Source of the DNA: Octopus sinensis
Taxonomy: Eukaryota
Assembly: GCF_006345805.1 (NCBI RefSeq)
Contig: NC_043015.1
Location: 36,394,001-36,458,000 of the forward strand
DNA length: 64,000 nt
Reading direction: 5' to 3'
The notes below the pieces were generated by a model. It saw only the letters and a program-made list of their open reading frames with translations. It had not been told where the DNA came from and did not search any database. The translations under genes were made by a program, and so were the position numbers. Positions 23,675-37,300 of this stretch are shown piece by piece; position 1 is the first letter of the stretch; each line of letters begins with the position of its first letter.

Positions 23675-25110
23675 GATATCCAGAGGTGATACCATACGAC
23701 CGTTTCCAGCAGATCCATTTAATAGAATAATGCAATCATTGCATCAATTTAAACGCAGGGCTATCCTCAGCTGCATAAATAAATAACTAGAATTGTTTTA
23801 TCAGTGGGACATATTGATATAATTTTACGTAAATACTCTAATGGAGCAAGAAGATAGACAAAGTCCATGCTGCCGCCACTGTAGATTAGTATATACCAGA
23901 CTTTAAGAAAAGTATGAAAATTTGTTGGGGACATAGCTTGTAACTGATTTTGGTTGAGTTTTAATTTATTAGTCGTGTTTATCAATTACCAAATCTAAGG
24001 TAATTGGACAGTATCTGTTTATAATGGGCAGGAATCAGTTGACAGGGCATTATTAAGTATGGTAGTTAAATATTGTCAATATGTAGTATAAAATGATTGA
24101 CTAAAAAGGACGTTGGGTAGTCGAAGACCTCAAATCACGATGTTAATTATCAGTTAAAGGGGCAAGACGCTAATAAAACCAATAGTGTTAATACAGAAGA
24201 AATTTTATCATGGGGTACTAGAGGTGATTGATTATAAAAAATACTGTTATGTTGTATAAAGATAAAATTTCGGATTATCAATAAAGATATTATAACCAAA
24301 TAGATAAAATTTGTATATATACCAGATTTTCAACAACAGAAATAGAAGATTTCCTAGAATTATTTTAATATTCATTCATAGACTTAATTATTTACTTATT
24401 AGGTGGTTTCTATAAAGACTGCTCCGGGTATTTACAAATGAAATACTGGAGCGATAAAATATGCTATCTATATATGAATTATAAGTTCAGAATCAGAAGA
24501 AAAAACTGGATAAATAAAAGCCGTGTAAAGAAACATACATATATTTATCTATGTATACACAAGCAAATATACACAAATAGTTATACGTCATTACGGATAT
24601 AATATAATTAACTCTCTTAGACTGAATTAACTAGAAATTATATATTTCTATTTAAGAACAGTAACAATTTATAAATGAATAAGATGTTAGTAGGCAAAGA
24701 TATCAAAATAATAAAGCAAAATAATAAGAAAATTATGGAGAATAGTAAGAGAATATATATAAAACCTTACATTTTAAATAGACAGAGTATTAAAATTAGA
24801 AGTAGGAGAGAGATAAAGATAACCTCAAAGGAGAAGCAATAGGTATGGGAGTAGTGAGGGCATTTTGAGGTATTTAGACGGAAGAGCTATATTCAATGTT
24901 GTAAAGTTACCGGTGCTATTGCATACGTAATATTATAATTTCCTAGGGGTACATAACCAGGAGGTATACTTACATAAAGGCCTTTATAAAAATACATATG
25001 TTCAGTAGGGTAGAACACATGACCGTGTTTCTTTAAATTGAAGTAAAGATTGCATTATTCAGTTAAATGGAGTCTCTTGAAATGGCCGTTCTGCATCACC
25101 TCTGGATATC
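23675..25110. mobile_element. Putative non-autonomous element bounded by ~80-bp imperfect inverted repeats
   Basis: GATATCCAGAGGTGAT...CCATTTAA..GAATAATGCAATC...CAATTTAAA at 23675-23753 and its reverse complement at 25032-25110. Confidence 0.55.
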
Positions 25111-25211
25111 CAGTTGCTTATTTACAGTTGTTCGGATAATACCGCACTAATTTTGGTGCTTCAACTTAAGTACCTAATTCAACTAAAACTTATATATAGA
25201 CACACACACAC

Positions 25212-25245
<34 letters not shown>

Positions 25246-25328
25246 ATGTATACATATATATATATACATTCATATATACATTATATATATATATATATAC
25301 ATGCATATATATATATATATATACATAT

Positions 25329-25360
<32 letters not shown>

Positions 25361-25450
25361 ATATATACATACATACACACATATCATATATACATACTTG
25401 TATATGCATATGCATGTATATATGTATTCACATACACACACATATATACA

Positions 25451-25516
<66 letters not shown>

Positions 25517-25517
25517 C

Positions 25518-25554
<37 letters not shown>

Positions 25555-25558
25555 CATA

Positions 25559-25625
<67 letters not shown>

Positions 25626-27845
25626 CATGTATATCTTAATGTACGTGAAAAGCTGAAGGCAGCATTGAGTGGCCGCTTAGAAGTGAAAGAAGTCTCAGAG
25701 TTACGTAATCAATAAACGTGAGTCAGACAAAATTGTATTTTGGCTCCCTCGTGATAACGGACTGTAAATACATTCACGCATTCCCTGTCAATCGGTAGAT
25801 GTCTGATAACGCGCAGCTCGGTTCAATAATTAGAGAATTCAAAATCACTACCTGGTTTGATTTGTTCGACTAAACGGTTTAAAAAAGAGTATGGCCGCAG
25901 TTTAGTAACTACAGAAAACAAAATCATAAGGGAATACAAACTCCTCTCTAATTATGTAACTTCATCCTAATTTAATCATTATTTCCGATGCGGATCATTA
26001 GATTAGAGAATGAATGATGGTCAGCTTATATCTTGAGATTTCACGAATAGATTCTAAACCTCTTAATCTGTCAATCTCTCCATCTAAACCACTCATGCTT
26101 ATAGACATTAGGCTATAGTCTTATTCTATATACCTTTGATTGCTTGTTGCAATTCTTCACAAGAGTTTCTTTAATTTCTCTTTCTTTGCTTCAAGGTTAT
26201 TTATAAATCCATACGACAGACTGTCCATTGTGAATATAGTAGAGCTATACAACAGTTCTGTGGTGTATCCATCGAAAACAATACATTCATAAATGTATAA
26301 CAGATAAAGGCAACTGGTTTTAGGGAGCGTGGGTATGTTGCACTCAATACAATTGGTAAGATCTGTCACGAGTTCGTAACTGATGATAAGCAAATCTTCT
26401 ATAATTTTATTTATTAATTAGGAGAGATTCTCCTACCCATAGCATTTTGCAGGGTCTCCGAGTTTCACTGAAGGGATATAGGAAGAGATCCTTAAGTCAG
26501 AAACATGGCTACAATATTTGTATCTTAGTCAACTCCACTAAAATTAATCTGGGTTCCATGTACGGGGGTTGAACTTGCTATTCAAGAAGATCATGCCATG
26601 ATTTGAACCAAGAATGACAAAGAGACGAGGCAAATGTGATAAGGTCTTTAGTCCGGAATTCCTATAGATTCATCAGTCCATTAAAATCAATTCGCATATT
26701 TTATTCAATTCCGTTAAAATAAAAGATGAATATGATTTCGATGGAATTTCTACCCAGAGAGACGAAGTTAGTACTATAAATATTCTTATCCAGCGCGCTA
26801 ACCACGCGGCTCCTTTCACTACAGTTTGAAACCTGCCTCGCAAAATGTTCAATAAAGAAGACAAGAAAGAGTTAAGTAAAGAGGCCCGCCATATACATTG
26901 ATAAGTTGCTACGCCTCGAATATTTAAAAAGCCAAGAATACACACTAATGATGCAGCGGACTCTCCTGGCTCTGCCTACTTAATGTATTTCGCATCCAAT
27001 GGATATCGATAACAGACTGCAACTTGTTGGAATAAAACTATATTATTTGCATTTAGATTAATCTGATTTCCTGGTCGGAACGCTTTCACGCTTAATTTCA
27101 TTTTCTCTTGCATTGACCATTACGAAACTTCAAGTTCAGCATGAGACATGTATTCTAAGCGTTTCTCTCACTCTCTTTCCCCCCCTCTCTCTGTATCCCC
27201 TCTCTCTCCTTCTCTCTCCTCCACTAACTGCTTCACCTCTCTCAGCCTCGCTCTCGCATAAAGTTTCATCTTACGATAAATTTTCATTGTGCGTATGTAT
27301 GCATGTGTTGCAATTTGTGTGTATTTATGAGTGTGAGCGCGTTTGTTTGTGTGTACGTGTGAGTCTCCGTGTGTCTGTGTAAATACGCTCATTTCTGTAT
27401 GAAAATTCATAATTCTTCTACGTGTATATATTCATTAATAAGTGTGCGTACGAGTGTGTGTATGTGTTTGTATGCTTGTGCCCGTGTGTGTATGTGTGTG
27501 AGGGGATGTGGGCGTGTAAGGAAATGTATGGATGCGTCTTCAATCATCATCATCATCGCGAAGGAATATATAACGATGGAAATGTAGTGTTTCGTGGCAA
27601 CATGGAGGTCGTCCTTTGCAAATTAATGACAGTGGCATAAACAAGTATTTGGGATCGTTTCTAATGTAATAAATGTAGATGGCCTCAAGGTGAAGTTTGT
27701 GACTTGGACAGTGTGGAAGAGAGAAGAACACGTTGGAGGCTACCAACGCAATAAAGGAATGGTAAAAGCAACCGAAAGAAAAATGTAGTGGTTTAAAAGA
27801 GGGTGAATATGTTCAGAGTGGTAATCTCTTACTGAATATATATAT

Positions 27846-28012
27846 GCGCAGGTGTGGAGGTGTGGTAAGAAGCCTGCTTCTCAACCACATGATTCTGGGA
27901 TCAGTCCCACAGCATGGTACATTGGGCAAGTTATTTCTACTAGAGCCTGAGGCCAACCAAGGTCTTGGGAGTGGATTTGGTAGACAGAAACTGAAAGACG
28001 CCTGCCGTATGT
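27846..28012 (+). mobile_element. tRNA-derived SINE, family A
   Basis: GCGCAGG.GTGG..GTGTGGTAAG head and GAGTGGATTTGGTAGAC.GAAACTGAAAG tail, shared with 46781-46945. Confidence 0.8.
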
Positions 28013-28049
28013 AAATAAATATACATACATACATACATACATATATATA

Positions 28050-28115
<66 letters not shown>

Positions 28116-28291
28116 ATATTAGGGAATAAATCTAAATTACAAGGAAAAATCAGATTTAAGATTGAATCCAATTTTATAATAAAATATTATATTATAATAA
28201 ATTAGAGACATAACCACTATTATGCAAATCAAACAAAGAAAGACTTAAGCCAATACATAAAATAATTTATATAATTAAATTTAATTAAAAT

Positions 28292-28343
28292 AACCACTAC
28301 GATCGTTTCGTGTCAGCACATCTTAGACATTCTTCAGGTGGTT
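28292..28343 (-). ncRNA. Type I hammerhead motif (left arm)
   Basis: AACCAC-CUGAAGA-a UGUC uaagaugugcu GACA c-GAAA-CGAUCG-UA^GUGGUU: 6-bp stem I and palindromic stem III. Confidence 0.8.
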
Positions 28344-28391
28344 TCTAAACCTTCTTAGCGAGTTTATAATTCGCTAAGAAGGTTTAGAAAC

Positions 28392-28437
28392 CACCTGAAG
28401 AATGTCTAAGATGTGCTGACACGAAACGATCGTAGTG
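28392..28437 (+). ncRNA. Type I hammerhead motif (right arm; stem I shortened by a 1-nt deletion)
   Basis: Same core as the left arm; after the GUA site it reads GUGUU instead of GUGGUU. Confidence 0.7.
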
Positions 28438-28543
28438 TTATTCATTGTTAAATTTTAATTATATAAATTTTTTATGTATTGGCTTAAGTCTTTCTTTGTT
28501 TGATTTGCATAATAGTGGTTTTGTCTCTAATTTATTATAATAT

Positions 28544-28622
<79 letters not shown>

Positions 28623-29516
28623 AGTATATAATTTTCTTAAGAAGAAATTGTTGTCCATGTTGTGTGTGCTGATATTTACGAGAAATAAAATGAACATCCT
28701 GAAAGCCAACAATGTCTGTTTCAAATACGATTTCACATCAGGAATCCTGAAAAACAGAGTGATAAAGAATGAGTAAAATATAATAGAAATAAGAAGAAAA
28801 ACAAAGCGTTTATCACATCTTTAATGAATAGTTACAATTGTTTCTGTAACATTTCTGCTTCCAACGCCAAGTCACACGCAAGTCAAAATATATTTAATAT
28901 TTGCGGTTTTAAACATTACAGCGGCAGTTCTTCAAGCCCGGATCAGAAGTTTGCTGTTACACCGCATCCTCGATGCAAATATAGCCACAAGTATTTCGTA
29001 GCTTTTTAAAGAGAACTTTTCCTCAAATCGGCGTTAAAGCAGAGCTGTTAGAGAAACATATGCAACTGGTCTACAAAGATATGATAAATTCTTCCATTGT
29101 CTTCTTGTTTGGATGTCACACATATGTGTGTGGCTGTGTGTGTCTATGTGTATGTGACTGCGAGCGTATGCGTATGAATTGTGCATATATACATTCATAC
29201 GTATTCGCACGCACACACACACATATATATATAAAAGTACATAGACGTGTCAGTGTTCTCCCGTGTTCTGAACAATTTATATATCCAACGCACATCCTTT
29301 CAAAGACCTATTCATCCTATTTCCATCTCTTTCTTGCTCTCATAATCTCATCATCAATATATATTTCATAACTTAATTACGAAAATCTTCTGCAACATTA
29401 TAACAATAATGATTGGAGACACTTAATAGCCATCTGTCTTCCACGCTCAAGCCTACACACATCACACATGAACACGTATATACAAGTGCTTATATATATA
29501 CAAATACTTATATATA

Positions 29517-29580
<64 letters not shown>

Positions 29581-29915
29581 ATCCTACGTACAGACATATA
29601 TATCTGTATAAATTTATATATATATATGCGTGTGTCTATGTGTATGTACATGTGAGTGCGTGTGTGAGCGCGTGTGTGTGAGTGTATGTATGTATAATTG
29701 CACACCTTGAAATAAAGTTGTGCGTATGGTTGTGTGCATTTACATCTGTGTGTGGATATTATGTGTTTAAATAGTTTTGTGCTGCAATATATCTGCAGGC
29801 TTAGAGAATGCGGTCGCCACGATTATTAGAATATGACGTCACCTTTACTTGAATAACCATCAACGCACACAGTTCGACCTCTACGTGCACCAACAACAGC
29901 AGTAACAACAACAGC

Positions 29916-29957
<42 letters not shown>

Positions 29958-30508
29958 AACAAAAACGACAGCAACAATAACAACAACAACAACAACAATA
30001 ACAACGATAATGACAATGAGAATATTAAAAAGATGACGACTTTTGCGAGAAATCTTATTAAGCGAGGCTACGCCATTTTTCAATTACATAATTTTGTTTA
30101 GAAATCTCATCATGCAGAGATGTCAATAAATCTCTTCCGGGCTGTCGAAAAAAAGGTCAAGGGTCACAGACAGATAAAGATAGCTTTGGTCACTGCAAGT
30201 CATTGGCATTTCTTTACCATTATCTTTGGATAACATTGGTAAGGAAATTCGAGAGAGAAATTGAAATTTCTCAAACTATGAAATGTCAGATAATAACGAT
30301 GAAATGATAGCCACTAATATGATATTTTGATATAGGAAAGAGTATTACATTATGGTTAAAACGGTCGTTTGGGAACCTCGTCGACCCGGTTTGTAGTTCA
30401 CTCCCGATCCACATCCAAATGAGAAGTAGTCTACTTCAGTTAGCTCTCAGGTGAAAAATATGAAATATCTAGTGATTGGTAGATCAGAGCTGGAACGTAA
30501 TACCACTG

Positions 30509-30542
<34 letters not shown>

Positions 30543-31100
30543 TTTTTTCTGTGTGTGTCAGGTGGGAGCTTTCTGAGTGTGTGTCTTTGTATATAAGTAT
30601 ATATACCTGTAAACATACATGTTGAGATAGAAGCGCTCATACAAACACATGTACATACGTATACGCGTACCCACTTCAAACGTTACTTGCTACAGTTTGG
30701 GCACAGCCCTTTCATTGAATATTGCTCTTAAAAGTCCTTGCAGATCGGAATCAGCCTAAGAACGGATTTTCCCTCTCCATATTTACACCCAAAATATTTG
30801 CCAACCGGACCAGTCTAAGGCTCAACCAATGTATGTTATTCTTTTGTTTATAAAGTATCCGTCCGTAAGTGTTTTATACCTCTGGTTTGCCCTCGGTCAT
30901 TAGGCATTGACGAGTCGTCCATAAAGCTGAGCGCTTTATAGATACAAAACCAGTAGTCAGTCTTCGACAAGATATAATTCTAGTTATGTAAATATTTATA
31001 TAGATATACATACATTCATATATACATATATACATATGTGTATATAAATATATATGTATATGTATGTATGTATATATATATATGTATATATATACACACA

Positions 31101-31178
<78 letters not shown>

Positions 31179-31204
31179 ATATATATAATATATATTATAT
31201 ATAT

Positions 31205-31236
<32 letters not shown>

Positions 31237-31255
31237 TATCTATATTTATCTATCT

Positions 31256-31297
<42 letters not shown>

Positions 31298-31319
31298 AGA
31301 TAGATAGATATTACTCATA

Positions 31320-31570
31320 AGGTATTGGAATCTTACATATACCATTTTGCCTAAAAAATGGATCTACAAATTCAATATCCCTACATATCTCACATCTATT
31401 TTCTTTCCTCCACCTCACTCTCTATTTTGTATCCTATCTAAATTAACTACTACTTAACCATCCTTTCACACTGTCTCCGATGAAGGGATATAATTATAAA
31501 TATCCTGGAAACATGAGTAAGTCCTATCTATAAATGTCCTAATATCTACACAGCCTTGTTTTTTTTATCT
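31320..31570 (+). mobile_element. Probable PLE terminal-repeat fragment with a partly degenerate hammerhead (31472-31524)
   Basis: GUCU-CCGAUGA-a GGGAUA..UAUCCU g-GAAA-C auga G-UA^AGUC; lies between (TA)n arrays. Confidence 0.6.
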
Positions 31571-31586
31571 CATTACGCAAAAAATT

Positions 31587-31630
<44 letters not shown>

Positions 31631-33810
31631 ATATAATCAATTCAAAGACCAAGCATTTAAAAGCAGAGAAAAAAGACAAGAAACGATTGTGAGGACGTGA
31701 ACAATCAATATGTGAATCGCATTGAAAGGAGGGAGTTGTTAATGTTTCGAGGATCGCTCTCCATTGGAAAGAGGAGAGTCCAAAGAAAGAGAAGAAAGAA
31801 GAAGAGAAAGGAAGTCGTTTCTTAGACAGGAGAGTGTAAAGATGGTGACTATGTGTGTGTGTAGCTGTGTGTGTTTGTATGTGTGTGGTAGCGTGTGTAT
31901 GAGTGTGTTGCAGCGTGTGTGGTAGTAACTGTATATGGGTTTGTGTTTGTGTGAGTTGTCTGTCTGTGTGTGTATATATATACGTATACATAATTACATG
32001 CATTATATATATATATATATATACTTATATGCATACATTATGTATGTGTGTATTTATATATACATACATATATAAGTGCGCATGTGTCATGTATTTTGCA
32101 TATATCTGTGCGCTTGTATATGTATGTCTGAGAGAGAGTGTTTATGTATGAGTTCATATGTATATGCCTGAGAATTTCTCACTGTGTCTTTCTGTTACAT
32201 ATCTGTAGAAATGCGAGTCTCATATCGAAGCAGTAATGGAAAACTCGTGTCTCCTTTAAATGTGACGACTGCAGCTACACTTGTACTAACACTCATATTA
32301 AAATCATATTAAAATCATATCAAAGCCATATTAATCGGCGAATTTTTTCTACGTGCTGCACCACTATATTTGTAAGTAGTTTTCTCGGAGACAATTATAG
32401 TTTTAAGCTGCATCCAAATGAATAAAGAAAAGAAAAATGTGAAATAAAATATAACGATGATGTGAATTTATACTTTAGTTAAAAAATATCTGAAATTGAA
32501 TTAAAATATATAAATGCAAATTTTAAAAAATTATAATGGAATACTAGTAAATATATTCATGTTAATATCAACAATACTGTTAATACTATTAATAGTATTA
32601 TAAATAGTGTATAAATGTGTGTTTTTTTATGCTTTGACCTAAGAACGAACCTTAACTGATTCGGTATAATTTTATTTTATATGACATTCAACCTCAACTG
32701 AATTTGTCGATAATCAAATTAAGCCCCGGAGAAAAGCAAAATTATCGAAAATTATCCTCCATTGAAGCTCATAGATTTTTCTTCTTTTTTTTATTTCATT
32801 GAAGACAGAAAATTTACAAAGTAGAAAGAAAACAAATGAAATAGTGAGTAGAAACAAAAGCACAAGAGTATTCTTGAACATTCGGAACATTCCCCGAGGG
32901 CAAGAAATGGCGAAGATTCTGCTCTGAAGATAATCACATTAATGGCGGTGTTTAGATTTATATTTTGATTAAACGCCATTTTAACTGCATTAAATATCTC
33001 TATGAATAATGTGTGAACTGCGAAGTGAAACAATAAACTAGAACATTAAAATCATATTATTTACTGAATTACACTAACAGTAATAAGTTTAAAATTCTCT
33101 GTTTTCAAAGTAATTGTTTATGTTGCTATGGTAACTATAAACGTAAGAGGAAAAGCGAGAACCGTTGCAAGTAGTGGAAAATAAAAGACGAAAACTGCAC
33201 CGAAGACAAACAACGACAGCGGGAATAGGAACAACAATGAAACAATTACATCAGAACAACAATGACAATAACAATGAAACAACAACGGCAATAACAACAA
33301 GAACAACAACAACAAGAGCAACAATAATAATAAAAGCAGCAACACTAGTGAATCTAGCAGCATAAATAGAAGAATAGGGTGAGACAATAGGATGAACAGC
33401 GACACCGGGAAGAGAGACAAGAAGAACCTCATGGGCGATGAAACGTAAATCAACAGCGACACCACATGGGAACTACGGCTACAATAACAAACATAAAGAA
33501 GGCAAAAATTAATAGAGAATGGAAGGATCTAAGTGCACCGACAGCATAAGCAAAAATAGGTGAAACGGTAAGAGTAAGGAAGAAGAATTTGTTTGGCCAA
33601 TGAACAACAACAGCAACAGAAATTGCAACAGTAAAATGGAAAGCAGCAACAATGGAAAGAAGCGAAGTCAAAACATTACTGAGTGAAATCATAAACGGAG
33701 GTGAGTCGAACAAAACACATATTGGTATTTAGTGGCACATTTTTGCGTCGTTCTCTATTAAAATGCTACCGAAATTCTACCGGGAAAATTACAACTGATA
33801 ACATAAAGAG

Positions 33811-34348
33811 AGGCACAGGCCAGGCTGTCTGGGGAAAAGTTTGCTATCCAACCACATGGTTCCAGGTTCAGTTTCTGTGCAGGCCCTTGGACAAGTGCCT
33901 TTTGCTTTAGGCCCCGTGCCAACCAAAGCTTCGTAAGTGGATTAGGTAGAAGAAAACTGAAAGAAGCTCCATCGTCTCTGTGTGTATATGAGTGTGTGTA
34001 TGTGTGCGCTATGCATACATGTAAGTATGTGTATCATTTATGTTTTATTTGTTTTACTTGTAGTCATTTGAACTGGCCATGCTGAGGCGCAGCCTTGAGG
34101 GGTTTTAGCTAGGATTAACCCCATTACTTATTTCTGTCAGTCTGTTTTCCAGAACCTCTAGGTTATGGGGACGTAAAGCACCAACAACAGTAGTGAAGCG
34201 GTGGTAAAGTTCAATCATAGAGATAAAGACTCACACAAGCACACACACGCATGAATATATGTAAACAAGCTTCTTTCAGTGTCCGTCTATCAAATCCACT
34301 CACAAGGCTTCGGTTGGCCCGAGGTTATACTAGAAAACACTTGCCCAC
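33811..34348. mobile_element. SINE cluster: family A (+, 33811-33978), family B (+, ~34045-34245), family A fragment (-, 34266-34348)
   Basis: Similarity to the copies at 46781 and 44701. Confidence 0.7.
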
Positions 34349-37300
34349 GTATATATCATATACCAGGTCAGTGTTAGTGCTGTAGGTAACATGTAATCTA
34401 GTACCAGTCGCATGGGAGGGCCTTCGGCGAATAAACTAGCAAGCCTAACTAAGCCTTATTGGGAAATAGGATGGCTTTCGATGGAAACTCAGCCGGATGA
34501 AATACAAAACCTGTGAAAGGACGGATGGACTTAGAGCTAATGGTCACCCAGCAGTTGGAAGTGAACAACCTTTAGCCTTTGTTTAGTCATAATTCCTCAG
34601 CGATGGTCACATTTTCTAGGAGTTCACAGCCATCAGATATGTATGGATATATATATATATATATATATTTCCGTGCGATTGTGTTTGTCTTTGGTGCTAT
34701 ATATAACTTATGCTATTAAATCCTGTGAACGGAAGATGACTCGTTGAAACACGTAAATCTCGTGAAATCATCCACTTGGTTAATAAGAAAACAAAAGGAT
34801 GTTTTATTTACTAAAATACTTGGATTTATAAACTAACAACCTTAAATATGATGCTCCAGCATGGCCGTGGTCTAGCGAATGAAACCAGTACAATAAGGAA
34901 ATATAAAAAAAAAGTGTTAATATCAGTGAATATCATCAATATGGTGTATTGATTGGTGATTTTGTGCCAGGTTGCCAGTATTGTGGTGTTTGTTCATTTG
35001 GCCTGACGCCCTAAACAAATGCAGTTCTGAGCGAATTAAATCAACAGTTCAGTTACTTTTGAACATGTGACTGTAAAGGGAAATAAATTAGTTTCAACTG
35101 TGAATCAACACCGGGTTTGTAGACGGGTCATGCCAAAAGGGAATTAAGAGAAGAGTAAAAAAGAAAGGACGAAAAGTTAGAATCGACTTTGATATTCTGA
35201 TTCCGTAAACACGGAACAGCGCCAACAAATGCTATAGCATTAACGCATGCCAAACGAACGAGGAGATCTTCATGTGGTCTTCCGAACTTTTAGAAATAGC
35301 AGCCACATATCCCTAAAATAAAACCTTATAATCTTAGCAAAGCAAAAAGTCATTTTATAATATAATTATAGTGTAATTACAAGCGAACTAAGCAACGGTG
35401 AATATGATAAATGTTTGTTCAGTTTTATATGATCAGATTTGTGTACTCCGAATTCCGGAAAGGTTGTCACTGCGATAAATGTCTTGGGAGATACATTCTC
35501 GTCATAATAATATAGCCCATTGTGTGTGAAAGCACACACTACTGGGCGATAAGTGATGTCTTTCTACAGTAAAGCACGTGTTTCTGCATCTTTACACACC
35601 ATCAGCTACAGACACCGCCCCCCCCCTTTCATAATACACCAAGCAATGTAATTCTTATAAATGATGAGCATATAGTAAATTATTTGATGAGAGCAATGCT
35701 TCGTCAAGCTGGAATTCACTTACAGACACACGAAAGCAGAAATGTTTATAATAATAAAGTTATGTATAATTATATTTTAATTGTATGTGTAGATTTGCAA
35801 TCACTCGTGAAAGAGAAACTCCCCTTGTAAAAATGTAAGCGAAAATTTACCTGATGATGTCATTCCTAACCTTAATCGAACTATTTTCCTGCATATTGTC
35901 TATACGGAAAACATCAATGCTCAGTTGGTGTTTGTAGCAAAGGTCTTCCCGTGTTTCAGTGTACGTGAATGTGCTAAACATAACTAAAACAACCTTATGT
36001 CTGGTCTTACTTTCTTTTAATGAATATAAAACGGAAGTAGTACAAGCTGAAACAATAGTTCTAATTGTCATTTCACTTGCCCAAGACAGATGTGGGGCTT
36101 ACAAAAACGTTCATGGTGCTAGAGATTAATAATGGTTTCTTATTTCGACACAAGGCCAGCGGTTTTTAGAGGAGAAGCAACAATCGATAACGTAGACTCC
36201 ATTGCGTGACTGAAACAATAATAAGGGGTGGGGAATATTCGGCACTGTATTGAAAGGGGCCACAATTATATTTAAAATATTTGACGTAATAGAATTTGAG
36301 GTCATATGTAGGATATGTTTGATACATGTGACGCTAAAAAGGTTTTGTGTAATAAATGATGATGAATGTAGACAAGGAAATGGAGTCCATCTTTGCAATG
36401 CGTATGTGTGAGCAAGAGAGGGAAATGAGATATCTCAGCCAGTGGTTCGCAATATTTTTTAATATCCTAGTCAAGTCCAAAGCCTGGATATTTTTCGGGG
36501 GCTGCACCGCCAAAAAGGAAGAGAGGTCGGTTAAAGAAAATTTAATTATATTCATAGAGAAAAGCCCATCGAGGCCCGCCGGAAGGATGCTTGGGTGCAG
36601 CATGCAGACTTGTGACCGCGTTTGAGTACCGCTCAGCTAATCTCTAAATCATGACGATTTCCAAGAATTGTATTGATTCATTTTCACTATAAATTTTGAA
36701 TACTCATGCAAATATTTAAGATTTTTTTGTTTTGTTTTACATGGAATGAATGTTGAATGTTTTGAAGTGGACCAAATGTGTGAGGAGGATGGATCAAATG
36801 TAACATCGCACCAAATAACGTTTCTCGTTGAAAATATTAACTAATTTCCCTTGAATTTCTTCAGAGCAGCATAAAAACCCGATGGTGTTTATTTACATTG
36901 AACTTGAAATTTCCAAAACTGCTAAAGGGTTTAATGAGTAACAATGTCAGTGGTTACAATTCCAATTTTCTCGTTTACTCAATATAATGTGTACGACACA
37001 AATGGATGTGACATTTTGAAGAGAAATATTTTGTATATTTTTTTTATGCATGTGATTTTGGAAGAAATTACCCTAATATCGATATCTGATCGAAAATGGA
37101 TCTTTAAAATAACCAACTTTACAATTAAATAGTGTTTTTTCTTGTTTCTGAGCAGTCTAAATATTTTTGAAAACCTGTTTTGGTTTAACTGTCATGAGAA
37201 TGTCCCAACCGTAGAATATCAATCAACATGATGAAAGATTTGTTTCCGTATTGCGATAACCCATGCCAATAATCGTTTTCCTAACATGTAATGGTTGATG

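Larger units (their letters stand above)
28105..28543. mobile_element. Fold-back palindrome of a hammerhead-bearing repeat (arms 28189-28361 / 28371-28543, 9-nt loop; left arm tail extends to ~28105)
   Basis: The inner 67 bp are perfectly complementary and the outer parts show a few differences. (TA)n on both sides. Confidence 0.9.

Noticed and set aside
34715-34762. CUGUGA-ACG..CGUU-GAAACACGUA hammerhead-like relic
   Set aside because: The core lacks a nucleotide and stem I does not pair; not listed as a feature.
35847-36071. Candidate host exon on the minus strand
   Set aside because: No recognisable domain or consistent neighbouring exons.
36334-36603. ORF with faint pogo/Tigger resemblance (QPPKNIQALDL)
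   Set aside because: Only a few residues match; not supportable.
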